The notes beneath the pieces were generated by a model. That model searched no databases and was not told the origin of the DNA. It saw only the letters and a list, made by a program, of their open reading frames with translations. A stretch of 64,000 nt of DNA from Octopus vulgaris (lineage: Eukaryota). The DNA is taken from NCBI GenBank assembly GCA_951406725.2, contig OX597823.1, positions 8,308,001 through 8,372,000 of the forward strand, in the 5' to 3' direction. Position numbers and translations under genes: made by a program. This document shows positions 40,092 through 52,872 of this stretch, piece after piece (position 1 is the first letter of the stretch; every line of letters starts with the position of its first letter).

Positions 40092-40335
40092 TTCTTTTCT
40101 TTTTAAGTATCAGTCCAAGGACTGCGGTCATGCTGGGGCGCCACCGTTTACTTTGCTACACCTTCGTTAAACCTCCTCTGATATGTGACATTTGGTGGAT
40201 GATGGAGTTTGACGTTGCTGCCCTCATTTGCGTGTCTTGCCTAGAGGTAGGATCATCCGGAACTCTAGACAGGAGGAGAGCTAGTTTTATTTTGAAGAAA
40301 CCCAGATCCATGTGATGCAAGTCTCTCAGGTTATG
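40092..40335 (-). mobile_element. CR1/L2-group LINE 3' end
   Basis: Minus-strand DLGFFKIKLALLLSRVPDDPTSRQDTQMRAATSNSIIHQ, then UTR GGCGCCCCAGCATGACCGCAGTC..GACTGA..AAAAGAAAAGAAT. Confidence 0.7.
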
Positions 40336-40640
40336 TGGGGCATATTAAAGAGCTGTGGGTTCATGGAAAATAATAAGAGTGGCTTATTAGCAATTTAACA
40401 ACTTAAAGGCAAATTAATAGACGTCACTAAAATGACTGAGGGTACTCATTAGTATCAGCATTGCTAGAAATAAGAGTCAAAACAATTCAATAACCACAAA
40501 GTACTCTCTTAATGACTGACAGGTGACGGTAAGCCCTGAGCGGTAAGGGTCACTGATAAGGATTAAGATGCTGCATTAAAATCTGAAATCGTCGATTTGG
40601 CTATATCCGCTAGGGGCTTACTTCCCCTTGTAAGTCAAAT

Positions 40641-40705
<65 letters not shown>

Positions 40706-41567
40706 AATGTAATTATACATAAATATGATGGTTGTCCACTCATTAGACGGGTATGACCATTGTTGACAGGTAAGTGTCAGCAATGTTCGTGTCAGGTTTT
40801 AAGTCGTATATGGCTTGTACAACACCAAAACGGCTTTTACTAAAGGTATGCCTTAACAAAGACCAGAGGTCCCAACTCCCAGCGGGCTTATTGCGCCCGC
40901 AGACACCAACCTGAGTTTTCTACGTTCCATCGCTCATATACTAGTTAATCCATAATTGGGAACCTCAAGTTACTACTCTACCGGTCATAGTAGACCTCAG
41001 AACAATAGCACACCTACACCCACACACATATTTATGTATATATGTGTATATAGATATATACGCGCAGGATGGGGATTTCTTTCAGTTTCCGTCTACCAGA
41101 TTCACTCACAATACCGCCCGAGATTATAGTAGAAGATACTTGCTCAACATGCCATACAGTGGGACTGAACCCAAACGATGTGGTTGGGAAGCAGAAACAT
41201 ACATACCTACCTACATAAAAATAGGACCGAAAGCTTAAGGCGTTAATTTTACAACATGATGTCTTGGGTCGATCTCACCACATGACAGTTGAGTATATGG
41301 CATTTTCTCTAGTCTAAGATTGAATCATACCTTATGAATAAATACTGAGTAGGCAGAAGATGAACCGTATTAGTGATTCGAAACGTACACTTTTGTCTCA
41401 CACATACTGTGTCACACTAATTCAGTAAGAAAATTACATTGTGTTCACGTGTTTGAGGAATGCTCAGCCACTAACACATTAATTCAAGACTAGGTAACTC
41501 AGTTGATCGAATAAATCAATCCTCATCATCGAATAATAACGACAATGCTACGATCAACGAAATATAT

Positions 41568-41605
<38 letters not shown>

Positions 41606-41609
<4 letters not shown>

Positions 41610-42658
41610 CTCCCGCCCACGTTGCCGCACTTACCTCTACCTCTCCAACACCACCATCCTTACAGGTATCCATCATCGTCCCTATTATATCACTAGCTCC
41701 TTTACCTACGCTTCTAGCAATGTCACTCACTGCATCTCCTGCTCTTTTTGCCCTTCTCTGTACATCAGTCACACAAGACACCACTTGGCTGACCGGTTCG
41801 CGGGGCACCTCCGAGACATTAGACTCGGTAATGACACCCCGGTCTCGCGTCCGCCTTCACCGTGAATAGGCATTAATCTTCTCTCTTTGTTCCTTTACGC
41901 CACAGGGGCTCATCTCCCCTCCCCTCTTCATCTGACTCCCTCCTCTCTCCTCTTCATCTGCCACCTACTTCCGCTCTACACTCCTAACTACCTCTCCTCT
42001 CTTGTCATGACACCTGCTTCCTCACTTCTCTCCTATTTAAATTTCCCTTTCAGTGATACCCACTCCATCCATACCACACCTACACGCATCACACTCCCAC
42101 ATACCCCACCCTACCCGACACCTCCACCTCAACACCTTTCCCACCCCACATCATCACCCCAAACCCACACCCCACCCTCACATCCACCCACACCTACAAC
42201 ACACCACCATACCACCATACCACAACACACCACCTCACATCACTCTGCACACACTAGCACTGACCACTTCCCAGTACCCACACCATCTTGTCCCACACAT
42301 TACAGACGTACATACACATGCACACAAACACATCTCAAAGTCACCAGCCCCTATCCACACGCACACGCAGACTCTCAAAAACACATCCGCGCGCGCACGT
42401 TTTGGGATCACCATTTCTTTATTATCTGCCCTTCTTGCTCGCTCTTCTGTCCAACTATCCTTTCTAACTAGTCGCCGTGATTAACCGCTAAATCCACAAG
42501 TTTTTAAAGTTTCTCTCCGTTTAGAACCCCGTGTTCCTTTCTGTTGAAGAGCGTAGGCTCGAAACGTAAAATACTTTCTCACCTTCCCGAGCGTTAAACT
42601 AATAGACCTGCTTGTTGTTTATATATTTGTCTGCGTTTTTTGTTTATCTGTAAATGTC

Positions 42659-42661
<3 letters not shown>
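41606..42661 (+). mobile_element. 5'-truncated Penelope-like element: GIY-YIG remnant, C-rich spacer, terminal region with HHR-like motif (42537-42571)
   Basis: CSRPRCRTY..FTYASSNVTHCISCSFCPSLYISHTRHHLADRFAGHLRDI; CTTT-CTGTTGA-A-GAGCgtagGCTC-GAAA-C-GTA-AAA; flanked by (TA)n on both sides. Confidence 0.82.
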
Positions 42662-42698
<37 letters not shown>

Positions 42699-43181
42699 CG
42701 AAGTATATTTTCCATTTAAATGTGGCGGATCCATAGGGAACGATGTTGCTGTTGTTTATAGCCCAAGGAAGACATCTTCAGTTGGCTAACGGCACACTGT
42801 CTGTTTCCGATTAGTATTTGCGAAGGGAAATCGTCGTTCCCATCTCTAGTGTTATTCTTTGTCTCCATCCAACCAAAAATAAAATCCCCCTCCCCACTGA
42901 CAGATCTAAATAACAAAGTTAAAATCTACAGTCAGAGAGTAGATTTACTACTATTCTTAAGAATTATAGCAACCTCTCTGTCTGTATATCTACCCTCTTT
43001 ATAATGTTGGCAAACGAAACAGGGAAAAGAGTGTGCATTGTTCGTTTGATTGGAAAATTTCTATAGGTCGCTGAAGATTGCTCGACATTTTAAAACTGAT
43101 GTAATGCTTACAGTGTTTAATAAAATTAAGTAGCATGAAACGATCGTACCACATTACCTCGGATATACTTGTTGCTTCTTT

Positions 43182-43282
<101 letters not shown>

Positions 43283-44399
43283 TACGTGTAGATGTGGTAT
43301 ATTTATACTCATATGGATAGGTATAAGTATGAAAGTATATACATATATGTTTTTGTAAATGACTATATACATGTTAGCATATAGACATATTCTTTCATTT
43401 CTTATTGACCCCTCCTAAATACACACCAATTCCGATGACTCATAAATACACTTGATGTTACAATCCAATACTTGTCATGGTAACAACAGTTTTTTTTGAC
43501 AAAAATCAAAACAAATACGATTATATTGATACACAAGTAAAAAATGAAAATACAAGTAGAGACTATCCTATAAAAATATATAGAAAACTCAATTCACTGC
43601 CTAAATTTAGTTCTGAATTATTATTATTGCCTGATAACAGACGCTATGTGTAGACAGATCATATGGTTTGTATAAAAAAAAAATCGAAATAGAGACAAAA
43701 CGGTCTGGTGTTATTTATAAATACATCATGTAAGAGGAAAACACATATGTACAATAATGGTATTAAATCTAAAAACCGGAATTTGAGGAAACTGGGGACG
43801 GTATTCGTTGATAATGATAAGGACAGTATTTTGGAAGAAGTGTTAGTTGAACAACAATAATATCGGGTGCCGCGATGCAATCATACATAAATTCCTAAAT
43901 AAATTCCACTACAGATTGACAAAGGTGTTTATAGTACAGTTCTATATTTAAGAGATGAGGAATTATGTACATGATTTACATTTGACGTATATTTGTCCTC
44001 ATCTGATATAGCCTCCAGTCTTCATCAGGTGTCTTGGGGAAATTTCGAACCTGGATTCTCATTCCTAAGGTATTTTTTCGATGTTATTATCATTATTATT
44101 ACTATTCTTCAGGTCACTGCCTGGAATCTGACTCGGAATCTTGGGGGTTAGTAGACCGCGCTCTTAAGCATTTCGCCATATGCCCGTAGGCAATTATGGA
44201 GTGAATTTTAGGGCTAATAAATCTAATATTTTTATAATTGGAGTGGATAATATATTTTGGGGGTAGTTGTTGCTTAACAGATGATTGTTACTGAGCTTGA
44301 TCATTTCTTCGTGGTGGGTATCACGATCGTTACTTATATTCTTTGCTCGATACATCTGACTTTCTTGTGTAGATGTAGAGGCTCAAAGCTAATACCACC

Positions 44400-46400
44400 T
44401 GAGATGATGAGAGAAAGAGAATCCAATAAGATCTAGAAAAGTCGTTCATGAAAGAATTTGAAATGATGAAGACACGCCAGATTAAGAAGTTTATGAAACT
44501 CAAAGGTTAGAGAATGAAGACTGAAGTCCGTCACCCACCTGTGAAAGCAGTAATTAATGTAAGTAGCCGACAACTAGAAAGCTCTGAAAAAGCAGTACTA
44601 AACAAAGGTCTCAACTTTGCGACAAACATCAAGCACATTCCATACTTGGACACAATAGCCCCTATTGAAGAGATAGCCATAAAGATACCAAAAGCTCAGG
44701 GAGATGAACTAAGGTGGAAAGTGAGACAGATGCTAGAAAAAGCGAAACTTCCCAAACCAAATATCACTAAAGAAGAAAAGACTAAAGAGTGACTATTTCA
44801 TCATAATACTTCCATCGGACAAGAGAAATACTACATTGGTTTTGAACAAGTCTGACAACTCGGAAAAATTGGCAAGTCTTATAAGTGATGGTAGCTATAG
44901 CAAAGTAAAGAAAGACCAAACTCTGAAAACAGAGAAATTGTCACAGATCTTGATTAAGAACAAGGATCACTTTACACCAATGAAGTACAGACAACTGACT
45001 CAACACTACAGGAAACTACCACACAGGTATGGTTTTCCTAAGATTCACAAGATGGTATTCTATTAAAAGCTATAGTGAGCTGTAGTGGTTCAGCATGTCA
45101 TCCTCTGAGCCGCTTCCTTGTGGATATAATCAGTCCAGTAGCGGGAAAGTCATCATCGTACGTGAAGAATTCCACCCACTTCACAGAATTTATCAAGGAT
45201 ACCCCTATTGAATCCAACCAGATGGTTAGTCTAGATGTGATAAGTCTATTCACCAAAGTCCCAACTGGTGAATCACTATCAGTGATTCAAGAAAACCTGG
45301 TGACAGACACCCATCTAAAATAACGCATTAGCATATCAATAAGAAACTTGATGGAAATGTTGACCTTCTGTGTAGAAACTACCTACTTCAGTATAGAAAC
45401 TGATATATATCGACTAGAAGAGGGTTTGGCTATGGGTTCGCCATTATCACCAATAATAGCCAATATATACATGTAATACTTTGAGAATTTGGGTTTAGGA
45501 TCAAAACCACTGAAACCAACCCTATGTTGATGACACCTTTATACTCTTGCCCCATCAGGAAGATGTCCAAGTACTGTTAGATCATGTGAACTCAATAAAG
45601 CCATCCATTCAGTTCACAATGGAAAAGGAAAAAGACAATCAGCTAGCATTCCTGGACATATTAATAACACGCAACAAGTATAGATTCAGGACATCCGTAT
45701 ACCGCAAGCCGACCTTCACGAAATGATACCTCAATTTCAATTCCCACCATCCATACAGTGTAAAGAGAGGGATTGCTCAGTGCCTAAAACATCGATCAAA
45801 GAATATAAGTAGCGATCGTGATACCCGCCACAAAGAAATGATCAAGCTCAATAACAATCTATTAAGCAACAACTACCCCCAAAACATACTATCCACTCCA
45901 ATTAGGAAGAAAAGAGAGGATGAAACTGATAGACTATCAACAGTCTGTCTACCCTATGTGAAAGGCCTCTCCGCAAGGATACAAAAGATATGTGGCCCAT
46001 ATAACATCAGGACAGAATTCAAAAGTAATATAAGATTTCACAAATTTCTCCTTCGAGTAAAAACCACCAATAGAAGAGAATATGACCAAGAACTGCGTGT
46101 ACTCCATCCCATGCAGCTGTAGTAGGTTATATAAAAGCAAAACATACTGCCCCCTCAAAATAAGGGTAGAGGAACATCGCAAAACTGTGACACAAGGAGA
46201 TATTGATAAATCGGGTTTAGCTGATCGTGTAAGTTAGCTGATCGTGTAAGTTAAAATAATAGGCAGAGAACACCACTAGAAAATACGAAAACTGGTAGAA
46301 GCAGCACATATGCTAGGACACAACAACCTCCTAAGCAGACCGAGTGCAGATATGAATAGTATTTGGGAATCGGTATTAAGAATGGATAGGAAAATATTAG
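44400..46400 (+). pseudogene. Disrupted PLE reverse transcriptase + GIY-YIG ORF
   Basis: VLNKGLNFA, YGFPKIHK, YVKNSTHF, MVSLDVISLFTKVP, GLAMGSPLSPIIANIYM, YVDDTF, FTMEKEKDNQLAFLDILI, YLNFNSHHP, LPYVKGLS, NCVYSIPCSC; multiple stops and frameshifts. Confidence 0.92.
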
Positions 46401-46437
46401 ATTCATAAGCCCTAAAATTCACTTCATAAGTGCCTAC

Positions 46438-46506
46438 GGGCATATGGCGTAGGGGTTAAGAGCGCAGTCTACTAACCCCAAGATTCCGAGTTCGATTCCA
46501 GTGACC
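46438..46506 (+). promoter_or_regulatory. tRNA-like segment with Pol III A/B boxes inside the PLE pLTR (mirror copy ~44112-44187, minus strand)
   Basis: TGGCGTAGGGG-TTAAGAGCGC..CTACTAAC..GAGTTCGATTCC, with tRNA-like spacing; the acceptor stem is not intact. Confidence 0.65.
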
Positions 46507-46859
46507 TGAAGCATAATAATAATGATAACATCGAAAAATACCTTAGGAATGAGAACCCAGGTTCAAAATTTCAGCAGAAACGTTGTGTTAACAATAAACA
46601 AGATGACAAATATCTGTCAAACATAAATAATATAAATAAGGCGTTTATAGTTCCCCATAGGCTAGAACAGTGACACACACAACATTCAAAAACCTGTTTT
46701 TTCAAGCCAAAGATGAACCGCTGTGCAGTTGCGTGATTTGCAAGGAATTCCAGCTAAGTTTCTTGAAATCATATTGACCGGCTAAACAAATCTGCATATA
46801 TTTCATATTTCAATAGACCAATAATAACTGGTACAAAGTTCACTTCTGCTGCTAAGTTA

Positions 46860-48017
46860 CCCTACATAGTTGCTATCTCTACTTCAGACATTTTCTTTTT
46901 GCTGCATGAATTGACCATGTAGTTTCATTTCTTTCCACCTGTTTACTCTGTTGGTCTTCTTTTTCTCTTTGAATTTTCCTACTGTTTTTGGTCAATTTTG
47001 GGGTATTTGTGGCTGCCGATAGTATTCTTTCTTTAATCTGCTCAACATAATTTTTCCGACACGGTATCGCAGTGTCAACAATGTTTTCTGCGTTCAATAA
47101 TCCTCTACCACCTTCCTTTCTTGGTAGGTAGAGTCGACCGGCATTGCTTTATAGTAGAGTGTGTTGTGAATTGTGAACAGCTTTCTGTTCAAGTTCTTGA
47201 GTTTGACATTTATACATTTTAGAAAGGGAGCTGAGTGTCTCAATACGGGCATAACCCATATAATTATGGCTTTAATGTTGTTCCCACCATTAAATTTTGT
47301 ATCGAACGCCTTCCTAAATCTCATATTGTACTCTTTAGTGACTTTCTCGTTTCTTCTTCCATTAGTGGCTGTGTGGTAAGTAGCTTGCTAACCAACCACA
47401 TGGTTCCGGGTTCAGTCCCACTGCGTGGCATCTTGGGCAAGTGTCTTCTGCTATAGCCCCGGGCCGACCAATGCCTTGTGAGTGGATTTGGTAGACGGAA
47501 ACTGAAAGAAACCTGTCGTATATATGTATATATATATATATGTATGTGTGTGTATGTGCTTGTGTGTCTGTGTTTGTCCCCCTAGCATTGCTTGACAACC
47601 GATGCTGGTGTGTTTAGGTCCCCGTCACTTAGCGGTTCGGCATCAGAGACCGATAGAATAAGTACTGGGCTTAGAAAAGAATAAGTGCTGGGGTCGAGTT
47701 GCTCGATTAAAGGCGGTGCTCCAGCATGGCCGCAGTCAAATGACTGAAACACGTAAAATAGTAAAAGAGTATCCTCTCGTCGGGCAACATTCCTAGATAT
47801 TTGTACCCCTCATTATTCCCCAGCGATCGAATGATATCTTTACCGAATGCTCTCACTGTTTGGACCAACGTGTCTAGACATATTTCATTTTTTGTATTCA
47901 AGTTTGTATTTTTTGTGTACATCCAGATAAAGTAGGTGATTTATCCTCAATTTGGATTTGGTAAGCTTATCAGTAGGCGTGCATTTGTTTAGTATACTTG
48001 TCGGGGGGATTAGCACA

Positions 48018-48018
<1 letters not shown>
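46860..48018 (-). mobile_element. R4/Dong-like LINE RT remnant, split by a SINE A insertion
   Basis: INHLLYLD, LDTLVQTVRAFGKDI, GYKYLG, FNGGNNIKAIIIWVMPVLRHSA; begins at (AAT)n. Confidence 0.8.
47364..47770 (+). mobile_element. SINE family A
   Basis: Colinear with 11466-11892. Confidence 0.9.
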
Positions 48019-48083
<65 letters not shown>

Positions 48084-48633
48084 GAATGAGTGAGAGAGCA
48101 GTGCATGCCATCAAAGTGACACTGGGGTAAAATATACGAAGCCCAGTATACCCATCATAACTACCTGTCTGATAAGGGTACACTAGGCACATGCATCACA
48201 ACCACATGTGCGCGACATGGTGATCTCATACCAAGATAAACAGCACATAACCTTGCAGGTGGGGCCTAGTTAGAATTTTCTTCAGGTTGAGTAGCCCATC
48301 CTGCTCAAAAGGTCCCTGAATAAGGGTTGTTTAAGGATGTTGAACGAAACACCTATGTCTCCAGAGGTGAATTATTCAAACCCCAAAGAATTCATCTCAA
48401 CACATGGCTATGATGCTCCCCCACTACTTCTGCTCGTGATCAGAGATGCACATATCGTCAGCCACTAAGGGACATGCTCAACTGGTTAAGGTCAAACAAC
48501 TGACAAGTAAACCTGTGGTATTGAGCAGAATATTTGCTGTAGCCCATCTTTTATACCAAGACAAAACAATGTACATAACACTTCCAATCAGTTAAGATCA
48601 GAAGCCATGAGAGCCACTGCCTGGTACTGCATC
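48084..48633 (+). repeat. ~550-bp unclassified interspersed repeat flanked by (TTA)n on both sides
   Basis: Partial inverse copies at 3765-3935 and 52900-53140; no ORF. Confidence 0.75.
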
Positions 48634-48703
<70 letters not shown>

Positions 48704-48705
<2 letters not shown>

Positions 48706-48920
48706 GGTGGCGAGCTGGCAGAATCGTTAGCACACCTAGCAAAATGCTGAGCGGCATTTCATCCGTCTTTATGTTCCGAGTTCAAATTCTGCTGAGGTCG
48801 ACTTTACCTTTCATCCTTTCGGTGTCGATAAATTAAGTACCAGTTAAGCTCTGAGGACGATTTAATTGACCTACTTGCTTCCTACGCAACTACTGGCCTT
48901 GTGCCAGTGATTTGAAACCC
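48704..48920 (+). mobile_element. SINE family D variant
   Basis: AAGGTGGCGAGCTGGCAGAATCGTTAGCAC head plus central domain; alternative tail GGCCTTGTGCC..TTTGAAAC. Confidence 0.85.
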
Positions 48921-49620
48921 TTATTATTATTATGATTATTATTATGGTTATTTTACTAGGTTAATCTTTAATGTCTGTTTTCATTGCAAAACGGAGGCAA
49001 TTTTATGTTACTCGGTTACATGCAGCGTTTTGTTTACTTTCGTTTCTGTTTATTGTACGGAAATGGCATTTCAGACTGATAACGATGTTTTATCCAATGT
49101 CGGAAATAAAGAAATAATAATGAGTTCTTTTCTGCAATAAAGCAAAATGTGAATGCAAGGAAAGTGATTTCCTTCGACAACCGAATCAATGAAGATATTT
49201 TCTAAATTGTTTCATACCTTTGGCTTCGATTTTTATTCCCTTATAATTGAATTCTTTGGTTACAACTAAATTTAGTTTCTCTCATTTCATTTTGCTCAAA
49301 ATTATTATATCGACAGTATTGGGACACTGCCGATTTCCCACTCAATAAAGTTAATTATATAAATAAGGATAACTCTGAACGTAAAAGAAAAACAAAGCAA
49401 ATGGTTCTGTTATATATCATTGCATATACAAACACGTGCACACATGCTCTCTTGCGTATACAAATATTTGAATACATGCGTACGTATATCTATTAATACA
49501 CACACACACACACACATACAAACACACACATATACACACATGCCTGCGTGAGGTGAGAACATACATACGTATTATATCTATACATACATGGACGTATACA
49601 TGTATTTATATGTGTGTGAG

Positions 49621-49688
<68 letters not shown>

Positions 49689-49714
49689 CATCCATCTATC
49701 TATCTATCTATCAA

Positions 49715-49775
<61 letters not shown>

Positions 49776-49942
49776 GCATATATATGTACGCACAGATTAA
49801 TGTGTGTTTATGCGTGCATGTGTAAGTATGTGCAGCTACGTATGTATGCGCGTGCATTTAGAGTATAGTGTATATAATATCCATGCATGTTTTTCATTGT
49901 GTTGACGCGTGCTGTTTGGATATCCAGAGAAGAAAGGCTTAC

Positions 49943-49996
49943 AATTGAATCTGAAAACGTGACTTTTCTGAGAGATTTCCCAGGAGATTCAGGAAC
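49943..49996 (-). CDS. Candidate 54-nt coding micro-exon with an RVxF-like motif
   Basis: Acceptor TCCTTGTTATAGCAG, donor GTAAGC, phase 0-0, VPESPGKSLRKVTFSDSI. Confidence 0.3.
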
Positions 49997-50207
49997 CTGC
50001 TATAACAAGGATTATTTCTTGGAGCTTAAGATAATGGAATAGAAAAAGCAACACAAAGCAATTTCGCTGCTATTATTTTCCCTTTCGACAGCCTTTCCTA
50101 CTTCAACTTTCTACTGGCTGGCATTCGGTTTGGCCTAACAGCCATAGAAGCTTTTCGGAATGGGTGTTATATTAACGTGCTTACCCTGTTATATACAACT
50201 TATACAA

Positions 50208-50243
<36 letters not shown>

Positions 50244-50599
50244 TTATATATATACCAGGACAAATTGTTGCAATAAGATAATATACAATACACTGGGTGC
50301 AATCCCTCAGGTGTATAATACAACTACAACCATTTTCTGGTATAAATTTAATGCATAAACACCCAGCGTTAATTAATCTTCTCCGTGCAAAGAACTGCAT
50401 AGAACATGTCAAATATACAGATTAATTATTGTACGCAGTATATTCCGGAATCACAGTATTTAGTTTTTCTTTTGTAACAGTGACGTCTTCGAATATACAT
50501 TACTCGTTCGCCATACAGCCAAGGAATTGGCTGAATTGTATACCTGCATACACTAAAACACATTCACACGCACATATGTTCAGATACCTTATCCTTTCT

Positions 50600-50792
50600 A
50601 CTGTAGGCAGAAGGTTTGACATTTTTGTGATAGTCGAGATAATCGACCCCACTGTTTTACTGGTAATTATTTCACCGACCCCAAAAGGGTGAAAGGCAAA
50701 GCACGGCGGTATTTGAACTCGGATCGTAAAGACAGACGAGACACCGCTACGTATTTTACCCAGCATGATAACGGTTCTGCCAACTCGCCACT
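50600..50792 (-). mobile_element. SINE family D variant (diverged)
   Basis: GACCCCAAAAGGGTGAAAGGCAAAG..ATTTGAACTC..TTCTGCCAACTCGCCAC. Confidence 0.7.
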
Positions 50793-50999
50793 TTTATGTA
50801 CAGGTACATAATAGTAATATTACAACTAAATTCTTTGCAGATGATAATTTTAATTCAGAAAATTTAGATTTCTTAAAATTTAGTCCTTAGCTGTGCCAGC
50901 TTGCTAAATTAAAATAAGTATGATGGAGTATGTAAGTAGTTTATGAGTCTCTCAACATCTACGGACATGACTATGTATAGAAAGCGATTCTATTTACAA

Positions 51000-51395
51000 C
51001 TAGCAGTATCGCCCGGCGTTGCTCGGGTTTGTATGGGAAATAACTATATAAGCATTTTTAGAGATGTAAAGTATAACAGCCATCTCAATATGGCTAACCA
51101 CAAGGGGGTGGTGTTACTGTAGCTTTTTACGTTCTGAGATTTAATAATAAATTTTTAGAGAGTTACTTCCCTTATATATGCCAAAAATGCATTAAAAATG
51201 GGAAAAATTGATGGTAAATTTTTTTTTAAATCGTAGACTCATCGTAGACGCGCGCTAATACCCAGAAGGGCTCGATATGAATCACGACTATAAGATACCC
51301 AGTTTTGGTTAAACTGCACCGCAAAATGTGGGAGTAGTTAGGAATCTAAATCGTAGGAGACAGACAGCACACAACCTTACTTTTATGTATAAAGA
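51000..51395 (-). mobile_element. Non-autonomous Helitron
   Basis: Minus strand: A|TC...CCCGAGCAACGCCGGG hairpin...CTAG|T; AT target, no TSD. Confidence 0.8.
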
Positions 51396-52466
51396 TTACA
51401 GCGTGGATGACACATATATTAGCCATCTGTACTTAATCATCATTATTTGGGGACAAAATGTGTGTTTTTGAATTGTTAATACGTCTTTCACAATGTAATT
51501 GTTTTAGTTTCAACGCCATTTCTGATCAAATCGCTTCTATTTAGTCAACCGATAAAAAAAAAAAAAAAATCAAAGAAGTTAAAACTGTCCCTGGAAAAGT
51601 TCTGCACTGTCAGCATAATTAACGGAATACCATACTCCGAGAAACTCTGTACTCACAACTCTTCATTACGAATGAAGTCCAATGGAAACAACTGAAAGAG
51701 GAATAAGTCGACCGAAATGCTAACCTTTATCTATGTGTGTTGTCTTTGTCGAACTTGCTTCTCTGGCAGAATTGTTCACCGTTGTGATATTCTTTAAAAA
51801 AACAAACTAATCAGTGATCATGCCTATCATCACGACTGGCTTCAGTATTTTGAAAAATGGCATTTGTAGAGACTAAAGTACTGGCAATGCTTAAATCTTC
51901 TATGTTGCGTTTGCCTTTGTCTGATATCGGAAATTAGTCTTATTTGAAATAATTGATGTCACGTAAGTTTCAGATGAAGTAGTCTTAGAAACAACACAGA
52001 AACACCGCCAATAAAAAAATGATATTAAAACGACATGAAAAGAAAATCTTAGAGCACTTAATACTTTGATTTACTGACGATGAGACATTCATCGAAATGA
52101 AGTAAATATTGATATTCTCCATAGTAACACCATAATATTACTTTTTTATGTTTACGATAGCAGAATAATTGATAGCTGCTGATGGCTGGTGTTCCTAAAA
52201 TCCCGACCTTCAAGTGATATTACAGCACGTCACATATTAAAATGCCGAAGAAAATCACGATTCTTTTGACCCATGACAAACAATCAGGAAATCTAAAGAA
52301 AACAATGTGAAATCAGAGACTCATGCAGAATTCAGTTTAGTACAGATAAAAAGCAAACAGTTTAATATTTACGAAAGTATTGTTGTAATATAATGCTAAT
52401 GTTAGAAGTCTGATGGTCGTATTCAAAATAATTATAGAGGTAAGTGTGTCGATAATAATAATAATA

Positions 52467-52872
52467 ATCCTTTATACTAAAGGCACGAGACCTGAAATTT
52501 TGGTGGAGGGGTTAGTTAATCATATCGACCTCAGAACGTAACTCTTACTTATTTCATCCCCGAAAAGATGTTAGGCAAAGTTGACCTCGGCGGAATTTGA
52601 AATAAGAAGTCCAGCGTGCTAACATTTCTGGCAGCTCGCCGCCTTAATAATGATAATAATAATAATCCTTTCTACTGAAGGCACACGGCCTGGAATTTTC
52701 GGGGGGGAGGGGCACTAGTCGATTACATTGGCGCCAGTGTTTCACTGGTAGTTAAGTTATTGACCCCACCAAAAAGATAAAAGGCAAAGTTGACCTCAGA
52801 ACGTAAAGACGAACGAAATGCCGTTAAGAATTTCGCCCGGTGTGCTAACGATTTTGCCAGCTCACCGCCTTG
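52467..52872 (-). mobile_element. Two tandem SINE D-variant copies separated by (AAT)n
   Basis: 52467-52645 and 52666-52872 both read TCCTTT.TACT.AAGGCAC...GGCAAAGTTGACCTC...CAGCTC.CCGCCTT. Confidence 0.75.

Larger units (their letters stand above)
43936..46637 (+). mobile_element. Near full-length Penelope-like retroelement with inverted terminal repeats (pLTRs)
   Basis: Inverted arms ~43970-44232 and 46391-46630; 14-bp TSD AAGG(T/C)GTTTATAGT at 43922-43935 and 46638-46651. Confidence 0.9.

Noticed and set aside
40546-40597. Hammerhead-like CTGATAA...GAAATCGTC
   Set aside because: C3-A8 mismatch, poor stem I and stem III; too weak to call, though possibly a decayed copy.
41887-42484. Pro/His/Thr-rich 194-aa and 143-aa ORFs
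   Set aside because: Low-complexity C/A-rich spacer within the PLE remnant.
46438-46506. Functional tRNA gene (also the SINE heads at 19586, 21847, 32728, 57410)
   Set aside because: Acceptor stems are broken and all are embedded in repeats; they are tRNA-derived, not tRNA genes.
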